Source: Eledone cirrhosa (Eukaryota). Taken from it: a DNA stretch of 64,000 nt. The DNA lies in the NCBI GenBank assembly GCA_964016885.1, contig OZ024743.1, positions 285,696,001 to 285,760,000 on the forward strand. The letters run 5' to 3'. The notes below the pieces were generated by a model, which did no database searches, had not been told where the DNA came from, and saw nothing but the letters and a program-made list of their open reading frames with translations. The translations under genes were made by a program, and so were the position numbers. Of this stretch, positions 12,658 to 24,588 are shown one piece after another. The number at the start of each line of letters is the position of its first letter. Positions within the stretch are counted from its first letter, which is position 1.

Positions 12658-13432
12658 AAACATAGAAATAGTTTTCTGTTGTAAATAATTACTCCAACAA
12701 TATTCAGACACTATCTTTTTCTTATTTCATAATTGCTGCAGGAAACAGTTAGTGTGTTATGCAAGGATGTCTAAGTTATAAAGGATCACATTGGTCCTAT
12801 CATTGCAGCATGTCTACTCTTCATTGTTAACTGTGTTCAAAATTTGCCCTCATATATACCTCAGATGGGTGACATGGATGTACCAATAGAGCTTACAATA
12901 CTTCATTGTTGTGAAATGTGATTTTTGTCTGTCTACATAGGTGGTACTTACTGCCTGACATGTCATTGTGAAATAGATTCAACTTAAAGTTTGAATGTTT
13001 TATCCAAGTGTCTCCTCCAGTAAGAGAATTGAAACCATCAGACATGTATAGTTTTACACGCTGGTGGAACTGTGTTTAAAATGTTGTTCAATTGTGTTGA
13101 ATCTTCTCTTGTTAGACTTCTATATTTCCAAGTGTGAACCTGAAATATTTAAAGTTTTTCACTTCCAATTGTTAGCCATTTAACATAATGCTGGTTACTT
13201 TATATCGACTGCCAAATGACCGTTTCTTATCTGATCTCTATTCTGAAAAATCTGACAAGCAAATTCTTCACTGACATCAACTTTGTCTCACTTAATGTCT
13301 GATTTGTTAGCATATTATAAATTATGAAGGAGCTGTACACCAAGGCAATGGGGAATTCAAAGGTGTCTGATATCTCCTTCATAATATATTTTTGCTAGTT
13401 GTTGAACAACATTGCTACTAGTCTGAAATAAT

Positions 13433-13611
13433 TGTTTCTACTTTTGGCACAAGGCCATCAATTATCCCAGTGTATTGCTGGTACTTTATTTTATCGACCC
13501 TGTAAGGATGAAAGGCAAAGTTAACCTCGACGGGATTTGAACTCAGACCGTAAAGGGAAGTAACTATGCTAGAAAGCATGGCGTCCGACCCTCTACCGAT
13601 ACTGCCAATCC
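13433..13611 (-). mobile_element. Young Deu/Nin-like SINE with 16-bp TSD
   Basis: Perfect TSD ACTAGTCTGAAATAAT at 13417-13432 and 13612-13627; A and B boxes on the minus strand. Confidence 0.9.
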
Positions 13612-14145
13612 ACTAGTCTGAAATAATGAATGTAAAATAGCAATAATAATAAGTACATCAAATGGCAGTAAGTTTTTAAAACTAGTTTAAATTTTTTGTC
13701 AGAAGAACATTCTGACTTTTGCTTTCCATTTCAATCTAAATCTGAAGTCCTATACTCACAAGAATAATTATTTTAGATATTTTGGAGCAATTTTGCGTAG
13801 ATTCCAAATTTCCAAGTCTTATTTTAATCTCCACTGTCCAATATCATATCATTTTTCCAGCAATCAACTATATATATATGAAGACTTTATAAGTAGTATA
13901 TCAGATATTCAAGAATTAATATTTAACACCTTATGTAAGCAGAGTTTACCTAGATATAGTAATTTAGAAAGAACCATTTGAATGAATTAACTTTTAAAGT
14001 ATATGATTTGCATTAAATATTGTTATAAAAAATCAGTTCTTTGTTTCATTTTTTCTCCCATTGCCATTAAGTTTTCTGAAAAAGTAAAAAGAAACTTGTT
14101 GATGATAATAATAATAATTCTGTTTTTCTTTTTTCTCTATTTCAG

Positions 14146-14181
14146 GTAAGTACTGGAAGACATTTCTTCTGACAAGAGTGA
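14146..14181 (+). CDS. Candidate 36-nt (or 32-nt) exon starting with a perfect donor; possible recursive-splicing exon (GKYWKTFLLTRV)
   Basis: TGTTTTTCTTTTTTCTCTATTTCAG|GTAAGT, followed by overlapping donors GTGAGT (14178) and GTAAGA (14182); open only in phase 1. Confidence 0.5.
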
Positions 14182-14342
14182 GTAAGAAAGACTGTTTAGT
14201 ATCAATCTTTGTTGGCGAATATTTTTATTTCATTGGATTATAAATGTTTATAAATGTTTCTTTTATATTTCATCTCTTGGTTGATGACTGAATATTAACA
14301 ATTTCATTCTCTTAGGTTTGTCTCACCATGACTCTAGAAATA

Positions 14343-15020
14343 TCATCATCGTCATCAATTCATTCTTCATTGTTTTTCAATGCTTGCATGGGCTACACAA
14401 GTCATTTCCAGTATAGCATCTTTCCACTTGTTTCTTCCTTTTATCTCTTTTGTTCATTATTCTGAATCCAGCCTTCAACTCCTCTGACCAGGCCTTCATT
14501 GGCTTTCTTTCCCTCAGTTTTCTTCTACAGCTTCTTTCCACTTGGAGCTCTTGGCAGTTTTCACCCTTCAGTCATCATTCAATCATCTGTAATGCAATCT
14601 TTTCTCCTGCACACTGCATACAATTCCTTTTATACCCAGTTTTTCTCTCAACTTATCTGTGCTTCATCATTGATGCATATTAACATTACACATCCAACCA
14701 AGCACGTTCAGTACCATTAGTGTCAATGTCTGAGTATCATGTAGCATTACACTACATATCAAGGCATTATACAATTTACCCATCACTTGGAGTGAAATTC
14801 CCTTTGTTGCCAACTAAAGTATTTTTTTCACCCGCTTCTGAGACGAGCGACTGTTTTTAGAGCATCTCCTCTGCTACTAATTAGGTCACCTAGAACCTTC
14901 CTTAGATTGGAAAAAGTTTTTTTCTTTGTGGATCTGCCACATGCAAAGTTTACATTTTCAGTTAGCCTGCCTGACATCTTGCTACCTGCTCCTTTTTTGC
15001 ATGGCCATTTTGCTAAAAAA
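14343..15020 (-). mobile_element. Old degenerate RTE LINE 3' fragment
   Basis: (CAT)n-like end; residual KWPC..KGAG and LGDLISSRG motifs in ORF 14828-15046. Confidence 0.7.
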
Positions 15021-15962
15021 AATTTGTTTTCTCTTTTTGCCATCACAATTTGTTCTAAATGACCTGAATTTAAATAAAGCAGATTATCATCATTGCATGT
15101 TAGGTCATTGGATATACTACCTGCTGTGTATCATGCAGAAGCCAGCTGATCAAATCTTATTCCTTTTCAAATTATACTCATTGGAGAATTATATATTGGT
15201 ACATAATCATTCAAGTATACAAGGGCTCTCTTTGCTTTCTTGGGTGATCAGAGCAGAACCACCAATTATTTACACTTAGATGAACTGGATCATTTGAAAG
15301 CACTAGTTGTTGTTTTTTTCATTTCTACTGTGATCATCTGATCGTTTTCTATATAGGACTATATTGTCCAGTGTATCATTTTTTAACTGTTTAGTCAGCC
15401 TGAGAAGGCTGACTAAACTTTTTCAGGGCTTCTGGGACTATTGGGAGGTAAGATGTCCTCAGGCTAGAGGCCTGGTATAAATACTTACAACAGAGTTAAA
15501 GACACTTACTTAAGAGCCAGTTGGTGGTGTTAAAGTGGACAACAGATTAGCTCTAAACACCACCACCCCAAAAAATGACAGGTTGCGAATTGAGTGATTT
15601 GGTTGCTATTTCTAGCAGGTCATGCTATCATATAGAAGCTTCATTGTTGGCTGGTCACATAATTGTTATGAGGATATGTAAGTGTAAAATCTGTTCAAGT
15701 ACTGGTCCTTCAACTTTCCATTCTTTTCACTAAAATTGGTTAGCATGAAGTAGGGTATGAGTATTTTTTTTATTTATAGCTAATTTTGTAGATTGGCTAT
15801 TAGGTTGAGTAGGGAAAATTAAGTCAATTGTATATCAATGACAGCTGATATAAGGAATAACTGTTCTTATGAAAGAGATGGAGTTTTTTTCTTTGATAAT
15901 CCAAAGTTGAAAACTATCCATTTAAAGAAACCTTTTTTTTTTATCTTTATATAATGAGTAAT

Positions 15963-16824
15963 CATCATCATCATCATCATCATCAACGTTTAACGTCCGT
16001 GTTCCACGCTTGCATGGGTTTGGACGGGGGTAGTCCCACTTGAGGCAGGAGTGATTGTCTTGCTCGCATAGGACTGTCTGGCAGGTTTTCTACAGCTGGA
16101 TGCCCTTCCTAACACCAACCACATTTACAGTGTGGGTCTGGGAGGTTTTTACCGTGTTGCCTACACGGCCACATTACAGCGTGGACTGTGTGTTTTTTTG
16201 TCGTGACACCTACACGATCTCATTTGTTTCGGCCTCGATGGCGCGGCACCAACATAACTTTACATAGAACGGGGTGGTGTGGATGGGGTGGGGGTGGTGG
16301 GACGGGGTGTATTTTGTTAGAGATGCCTACTGGCTGGAGTAGGTTTTACTATATATTTAGGTAAGGCGGGTCTTCTCTGTTACTGAGTACCGCCAAAGGT
16401 CTCGGTCCAGTGACATTGTCTTGGAGAGGTGTAAGTGTGTGATGTCGGAGTTTATCAGCTCGTCCCAGGTTTTTCTAGGTCCGCCTATTCCGTGACTACC
16501 GTCTATCTTTATTGCCCTGCACTTTGTTATACAGCTATCGACTTTCATGCGCATCACGTGTCCATACCAACGTAGCCTTCTCTCGAGTAAACAACATCTG
16601 ATCCCTCTTATCTCTAATTTTTTCCTTAGTTCGTTTATGCTTTGCCGTTCACGTATATTACTGTTACACATCCAGCGGAGCATGCAAGCTTCGTTCCTCT
16701 CTAGTCTGCGTATATCCTCTGCACACAATGCCCAGGTCTCACTGCCATGCAGCATTGCTGTTCGTATGCAGGCATCGTACAACCTGCCTTTCATTTTTAG
16801 TGAGAACCCTTTAGCAGCTAATAG
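15963..16824 (-). mobile_element. 5'-truncated RTE LINE, family A
   Basis: ORF 16357-16794 (KGRLYDACIRTAMLHGSETW...RLRWYGHVMRM), 3'UTR and (GAT)n tail; TSD GAGTAAT at 15956-15962 and 16824-16830. Confidence 0.95.
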
Positions 16825-17129
16825 AGTAATGTTTGTAGAAAAACCAACTAATTAATAATTTCATTTAGAAATGAATAATCGTTAAAATATTTGTTTGTTT
16901 ATTTGTTTTTTATTGTTCTTTTAATGATTTGTTATTCTGCTTTTCAAATTTAAGTGAAAACAAATCTGTTATTTCCTCATTACTAAGAAATAAGTTTTCT
17001 GATTTATTCTAAATAGACCATTTCCTATTTTGAAGAGAAAGCCTGCCATTTTGAAGGAAAGGCCCCCCCCCCCCCCCTCCTCTCTCTCATATCAATTGTT
17101 TTATTAGTTTTTGTTTTCTTTGTTTTCAG

Positions 17130-17202
17130 TTTATTTTTGGATCTGTCACATAGTGGCATTTGTTGGATTCTATGGTTTCACAAGTTCTCTCAGATCTCTT
17201 AT
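17130..17202 (+). CDS. Candidate 73-nt exon encoding a hydrophobic segment (IYFWICHIVAFVGFYGFTSSLRSL)
   Basis: TTTTTGTTTTCTTTGTTTTCAG acceptor; AT|GTATGA donor; phase compatible with the 36-nt exon upstream. Confidence 0.4.
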
Positions 17203-17538
17203 GTATGATTAGATTCTGTTGATATTCTGTGCCATTCTTATTCTGACCATCTGTTGCTTTTGTGATCATTCTTCCATGCTAAGTTTTTGAAATGTAGATA
17301 ATGGTGGATAAAGAGTTGAATTGCTACTTCGAAATGTTATTAATAAAAAACAAAACAAAAACAAATAAAGATATTAATACTAGAAATAACTGGCATGATA
17401 TACATAAATTAGAGGAAAAGTGATATGATATGTGAATGGAAGTGGCACATTGCATAATTGAATTTGTCTGTGAGGCAAAGAAAATTATGTAGATAGAAGA
17501 AAATAAGTTGTAGATGTTAAAGATGAAGCAATTGGAAA

Positions 17539-17576
<38 letters not shown>

Positions 17577-19110
17577 ACTTCTTTAATACAATTTACAATT
17601 ATATCTAGGCTGTATAATCTCTAGAAATAATCTGTACACTTTTTACAGAAGGGTTTTCTATAACTTAACAATCTTTCACGAGGGAAAGGGAATATGTGTG
17701 TATTTGCATGTTTTAAGTTAATTTGGATTGAGCAAATAAATTTCCATTCTTTTGATAAACAAATAAAGATTAATCTTTCACACACTACAATGATATAGAG
17801 TTGCTGTTTATCCTAAGTTTCCAAAATCAAAAGAGTTTAGAAGAGATAAATTGCTCCCTGAATAGAACACTAGTCCTGCTGTTGCAGGTTAATTTCCCAG
17901 ATGGACTGCATTCTAGTAATATGAGCCAAGATGTGTTAGATTAACTTCTCTGCCCAACTATACAGTACTGTACTGTACTTTTATGAGAATACAAACTTGA
18001 AGCCTACAAGCCAGCCATTTGAGATATAAACTCATTGCTCCGTGCTAGATTCTCAAACTAATATCTTTAATTAGTTTATGTAGTTTCTACAAACAACCTA
18101 ACACTGCTTGATCACTTTAGTTTCTTGCTCAAATATCAGAACTTGGCTGATGCAAGTGTTTCCATGTATATTTTATTTAACTTCCCGACTTTTTGTTCTC
18201 TCTCTGCCTCTGTTATTTATTATTAAATTGTATACTTGCTACTCAAAGATATTCCTTTGAAATATTATCATTCCATATAACTCCATCATGGATACACTGT
18301 AGCTTTGATTTTCAAAATACATAAAAGGAAATTTAGCTATAATTTTCTTGGCAATGTAAAATTAATTTAACTTGGTAAATTAATCTATTTCAAAATTGTT
18401 TATAGTGCCAGTCATACTTGTCACCATATGGTGATGGTTTATTTTTCATGTATTTAATAAAAGAAAAAAGAAATAAAAAAGCTGGTGTATTAAGATCAGA
18501 ATGTAGCCAGCTAGCTGACATAAAACATATCTTTAGTTAATTATTCATTCCATCTGCTGCTAGTTAAAGCTATAATGTATATGTATGTTATGCTAATACA
18601 GTATGTTTTGTCATATTGGTGATAGTCTTCGTTATTCTTATTGAAAATAAATTGCTCAATGCTGATGATGAGATGTTCTTGGCTGTAAATGTTGGAAATG
18701 TAGATTAACAAACACCACTACTTCAATCAGCTTGTTTTATACATATACTAGAAATGTTTCTTTTAACATAGATTCCCTCTTTCACTGTTAGGATTTACTG
18801 CAGGTTATTCATTTTGTCAATTTATTACATGTCTTGGCTGGTCCTGGATTGCATTGGTAGGTTCTTGGAGAACCTACCACTTTCCTATTTAGAATTATTT
18901 TCACTGAAATTGCTAATGCCCTTGAGAAAAAACATAAACTTTACAACCTTTTATTTCCTTTTTAATTCTTAAAAGAGTATTGGACTATATTTGCTATTAC
19001 CATATTTATAATAATATAGTATGTAAATTCAGCAATATACTATTTTCTCTGCTAGTGTTATAATATGATAGTGAGTTAAAATTTTAGTCATTTTATATTT
19101 TGATTTATAG

Positions 19111-19132
19111 GGAAGAGTATGCCATGAAATAG
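19111..19132 (+). CDS. Candidate terminal coding exon (MEEYAMK*)
   Basis: TTTTATATTTTGATTTATAG acceptor; phase compatible with 17130-17202; AATAAA at 19218-19223. Confidence 0.3.
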
Positions 19133-19428
19133 ATAAAGAAAACTGAACTAAAATATTTTCCAGTGATCCTATTGAGAATAAGAGCTGTAGTAGTGTTAAT
19201 GTTGACACTTACTCTTCAATAAATAACCACATTAGATAGTGTACTGATGTGACGTAATTCTTTGCATAGTCAGCTTTTACTTATTACAATGTTGTCATAT
19301 TTCTCTATTCTGTTTTGTGCTAAAATTTTATTCTAATTTATTATTAGCTTCTTTTCAACCTTTTAAAAAGCTACATTCAGTCTGCATCAATAATGGTGAT
19401 TAAAAAAAATACTGTTTTTGTATATAAT

Positions 19429-19614
19429 TGTTTCTACTTTTGGCACAAGGCCAGCAATTATCCCAGTGTATTACTGGTACTTTATTTTATCGACCCGGTA
19501 AGGATGAAAGGCAAAGTTAACCTTGGCGGGATTTGAACTCAGTCCGTAAAGGGACATAACTGTGCTGCAAAGCATGGTGTCCAACTCTTTACAAATACTG
19601 CCAATCCACCGCCC
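19429..19614 (-). mobile_element. Full-length Deu/Nin-like SINE with 12-bp TSD
   Basis: TSD TTTGTATATAAT at 19417-19428 and 19615-19626; close match to 13433-13611. Confidence 0.9.
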
Positions 19615-20047
19615 TTTGTATATAATGATAATTTGTCACCACTGTTGCTTCACTGACAACTGCCACACTTGGGAATATTTTCTTTGATATTTAAATAAGA
19701 CAATATTAACAAGTTATTAATTTGTAACCTGAGGGCAAAGTAATTGATGCGGATAGTAGGAAGCCATTTGAAGTAATTTACTCTATCACATTAACTGTTT
19801 CCTAGATCTGATTTCTCTTGGGACAATAAAATTATTATCTGTAATATACTAGTTGTGTCAATTGACTATTCCTCCATTTTCTCTTATTAAGAGTCTAACA
19901 TTAAAAGCAAAAATTGTTAGTAATTAATTAGTTAAGTCTTACCTTTTAATCACCCTTTAAATGATTAACATGTTGCTGGCTTTTCTTTTTCATTTAACCA
20001 CTATCATAAGTTTTATATTGGTTTTTCCATGCTTACAAAGGTTAGAC

Positions 20048-20260
20048 ATCATCATCGTTTAACATCCATATTCCAGGCTTGCATGAGTTAGACAAGTCAG
20101 ATCCAGAGACCACGTCTTGCTCATACGGATCTGTATTTTCACTTGGTTTCTACAGCTGGATGCCCTTCCTAACACCAACCACGTTACAATGTGGACTATG
20201 TACTTTTTATCGTGGCACTGAAATGACCACTTTACATTGTAGACTGGGTGCTTTTTGTTA
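20048..20260 (-). mobile_element. RTE 3'UTR/tail fragment
   Basis: CATCATCATCGTTTAAC end and GCTGGATGCCCTTCCTAACACCAACCAC motif shared with the RTE 3'UTRs. Confidence 0.75.
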
Positions 20261-20512
20261 TGTTACTGATCAACAATATTGCATCTTGATATTAATCTTG
20301 TTACTGCAACATTATTTTTGTGAGAACCATTACTGACAAGTTGGTCTTGACTGCATCTTTCTTAGTTTTCTTAGGCATGTCAACTTGGTACTATATTTAG
20401 TTACATTATCACATGAAATTTTGGTAGCATGTCTTATTTATTGCCAACTGTAGTGGTAAAGTGGAATGGACATTAGTACTAAGGAAGTTATCTGTTAAGA
20501 TGAAAACCTTAA

Positions 20513-20742
20513 CACTTTCATATCCACATTCCTAAAATACATTCTATCTTAATTAATTAATGAAGAATTTTTTAAGGATTTACTTGAATTATTAATTATT
20601 TTATTCCTAAGATAGTAACTTAATGTAAGGTTCTTATATAAAATTATGTTGGGAGATTTTGATTTAAATTGGAAATCTTTAAAATGAATGGTTTTATTTC
20701 ATAAGACTAGAACTGGTTTTGGCCAGGTTGGTAACTAAAGGG
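20513..20742. mobile_element. piggyBac-type MITE, family 2
   Basis: TTAA|CACTTT...AAAGGG|TTAA; internal homology (inverted) to 32081-32256. Confidence 0.75.
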
Positions 20743-21756
20743 TTAAACACCCCTATATCAATTTTATATCTGATGACTGTGGTTCTACTTAAACCACTTT
20801 CACTGCAATATTACCCTAGGTATAAGTTGACAGGTAAAATGAACAGAGATTAAGATTGGCAACATTACATAACTGATGCTAATCTGAGCTTAAGTTAATG
20901 AGATCAGATTATAGATCCCTTTAAAATACTGTCCTTGATGATTTTATATATTTTTTGCTTTTAGTTTTAAAAAAAAATGCTTTCAATGGGTAAGAGATAT
21001 ATATCATCTTGTACCTGTTGCCATGAATAGTGAGAATAAGTTTCAGTGAAGATTTGAGATGATAGCAAGATAGGAATGTTGGCAAGCTCATTAATATCAA
21101 TGATTAAGGCAAAACTAATATGTCATTTATCATATCTGTAGAGAACTGAAAACCACAAAATGTGTTCCTAAGCCCTCAAATGCCTTTAAGAGTTAGTGTT
21201 AGCCTCCAATTTTACAATGTTAAGTGGATAAAATAAATCTCCTGTATAGTATTCTAATCTCTCACAAGTTGTATTCCCAGAAAATCTGGTATCCTCTAAT
21301 ACAGATGAACTGAAGTAATGCAGAATTAAATATACAGCCCAAATACACAACAAAACATCAGCAGGAGATTTGTAAAATTGTATCTTAATATTATATCTAC
21401 TTGACCTGTTCCCCCTTTTAGACCAAGGAATAGTGCTTATGACATTTGTAGGTGCTCTCAGGCTGGTGTGATTGATATTCAGTTTGAACATCTGTAGGTC
21501 AGCATCTGCAGGGAAACTGTGAACAAGAAGTGTTATAAATTCCAAGAGGAATTGTTGTGGTAAGATCTTAGCGTTAAGTCTGGGAGTAAGACACTATAAG
21601 GATGGGTTTAGGTAGAGGGAGTTGCTAGTTAGTTCAAACGTCATGAACCCAGTGGTTGATACATTGGAAACCTATAACCAATGACAATATTGTTCACAAA
21701 ATGCACTATATAAAATAAACAACACAGACTCACTTGGCAATGAACTTAAATGTCAT

Positions 21757-22045
21757 ACACCCATAACTCCTGAGTTCAAATCACAATGTCTTGGGCATTT
21801 TAAACCTGGTGAACTCCATCCCTCTCCAGGTCTGAATATAGCCAATTTCATTTGGAGAGAGAGAGACAGTGAGTGAGAAAGAGATATAGGGGAAGAATTG
21901 ATTCCACTACTTGGCTGGTACTTTATTGACCTTGAAAGAATGAAAGACAAGGTTGATCTCAGTGTGATTTGAACTCAGGACACAGCCTGAATACATACTA
22001 TGAAGTATTCTATCCAACATTCTAATGACTATGCCAACTCACCAC
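21757..22045 (-). mobile_element. Composite SINE: Deu/Nin-like head, CT-rich linker, alternative tail
   Basis: Same layout as 54436-54740; tail motif CCTGGAGAGGGATGGAGTTCACCAGGTTTAAAATGCCC on the minus strand. Confidence 0.6.
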
Positions 22046-24523
22046 TTAAAAGAAACCTAAAAACTACTGAAATTTGGAAACTGGAGGGATCGCTGAGTGT
22101 CTATAACACATAATAGTATTCTTGATTTTTGAAAGATGCTTTACAGATTGAGTTTAAGTATAAATTCATTTTTAAATCATTAATGTTACTATGAATATAC
22201 TAGAAAATTAATGAATATATTGTGGAAGGAAGAACAAATATCAATAGGGATATATAGGAACATTAAAACTCATGCCTAAATAATATATTTTCTTGTCCTC
22301 ATCTGAATTTTTTTTATATCCTCAATTTTGTTATCTATTTCTTTTTACTCTTGACCTAAAAATATATACTAAATTTAAAATGTGTTTTCACTGGATAGCC
22401 ATTTGACTCCAGTCTATTTCAGATAGTAAAAGCTAAGGGAAGGTTATCTGAACATTCTCAAATTTTAACCTTTTAGTGTTCACTATCTATTAGTTGCTGT
22501 CCCACCAGTTTCCTGCTTTGTAAATTTGGTCTTTTACCTCTTTCTCCAACACCCACTTCTGCCCTTCCATCGCATTTTCTCTCTTTGCCATCCAATTCTC
22601 TTCCCCCTCCCCCATCCGTGTCACACAAACTCAAATGCCATTGAGTCAACTTGATCATGTTATCATGTGACTTACAGTGTACATTAGCAATGTTAAATTT
22701 GAAAGCTAGTGATGTAGCTGTTACTTCTCACACAGCCTGTTGTGCTTTTCTTTTATTTATTATACATTTTATTTGTGCCATTGTCATAATATATCAGGTT
22801 CAGCTGGCAGTAGATGGCAAAATTGTTAATGTACCAAAGAAAATGCTTTGTACGTATATCTTTTTATGTTTTGAGGTCAAAATCCACCAGAGTTAACTTT
22901 GCCTTTCATCTCCCTTAGAGCATTAAAAAGGGGGTACCAATAATATATGGTGTCAAATCAATCAACTATATCCATCTGCTATAAATTTGAAGCCTTGTTC
23001 CAATATAAGAAATCAATGCTGAAGATGAGTTTTCTATTAGAATCCTTTAAACCCCAAAATATATTTCATGTAAGATTATGTTCAATTAACTTTTCTTCAT
23101 TTATTTTGAGCAAACCTACTTCTTATAAAAGCTTCACAAAAAATATTAACCCTACCATACTTTGTTTTTAGTACTATTTTCATATATACATTGTTTTTTT
23201 TATATTGGCACAAGACTACAAATTTGTATAAGTGCTACACTCAAATGAATTGACCTTAATATAACTAGTACTTATTTTCTTGACTCTGAGGTCTGAGGTG
23301 GAAAAAGTAACAGGCAAAGCCAACTCAGATAGGATTTGAACATTGAAGTGTGAGGCAAAGCATCCAAGAAATTCCTGCTACTCCACTGTCCTTTTAATAC
23401 ATAGCAATATTTAAAATTTACCTTGTAATAGTTTGCTTATAAAAGAGAGTTGGTGAAAATAGTAGAGCAATTGACTAAATACATATTACCTTTTTTTTGT
23501 TAGATGTACCTTTCATCAGTTAGGTTGAATAAAGTTATTAATTGATACATGCTTGGGTTGATTTTTTTTTTTTTTTTGTCAATTGAATTAATCCGACACT
23601 TAGTTCGAAACAATATTTCATATAAGAATATGTTTTTAATATACATTATGAAAAAATTGATTTTAAAAGTTTGCTTTTTTTATAAACATTTTTTAATTAA
23701 AAGAAGTTAAGGATTACTGTTGTTCTGTGGATATTTTTGACATTACAACTGATAAATAGATAAAAATATGAAAATTTGTATCATCCAAGGGATTGTTGAA
23801 TCTTCTCCAGCCAACCTGCTCTATATTCTGTTTAAGAAGCTAAATTAAATGTATATAAAGGTTTAGTAATTTCATAGGACAATGCGTTAACACTTTTATC
23901 TATATTTTCATATAACTGGAAAGAAGCTCTTTTCTGTCATTTTCCATCTCTTGTTTATTTGCTTTAAAGATATCATAGATGAAAGTAGCTACCAATTTGA
24001 AATTGCTAAATAATGTGCTCTCTTCTTTCCCACCTCACATTAACGAGTAGTGTTCCTCTAATCTCACCATCACAAATCACTTGACTCCATTTAACACTCT
24101 GTGAGTTTAGTTTGTTTGCATGTATTTTTTATAACGCACCACCTTCTTGACTAACTGTAACTTCCAATTAAATGTCACCAGCATAATCATAAAAGAAGTT
24201 CTAATTTCCTTAGTTGCTACACCACATCTGCATATATATACACACACACATACCCTTTAGATTTTGTTTAGTGTTTCCTAAATCATTGTCACATCTCTGA
24301 ACAAACTGAATATTAGCTCATAGAAAAAATACATTATGAAAAAAAATGAAATTAAATATTTAATTTCATTTTTTATTTTTTTTTTTGTATATGAATATAC
24401 TCCTTATGCAAAGAGACTAACTGCTTGTGAGAACCTATCTTTTAGTTACTCACACAGAATATCTTATTCACTGTTGTTACTGGAACACATTTTGGAGTTT
24501 CTCACAATTTTCGAGACATTTAA

Positions 24524-24588
24524 CCCTTTAGAATTTACTTTACTCAATATATACTATTGTATTGTCGCAATAAAGGCTTTATCTCACA
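24524..24588. mobile_element. piggyBac-type MITE family 1, left part (interrupted by RTE-A)
   Basis: TTAA|CCCTTTAG start; collinear with 43218-43280; continues at 26936. Confidence 0.8.

Noticed and set aside
21010-21560. 119-aa minus-strand ORF and adjacent segment faintly like a CR1/L2 endonuclease and RT
   Set aside because: Motif similarity is too weak and the spacing too short to call without a profile search.
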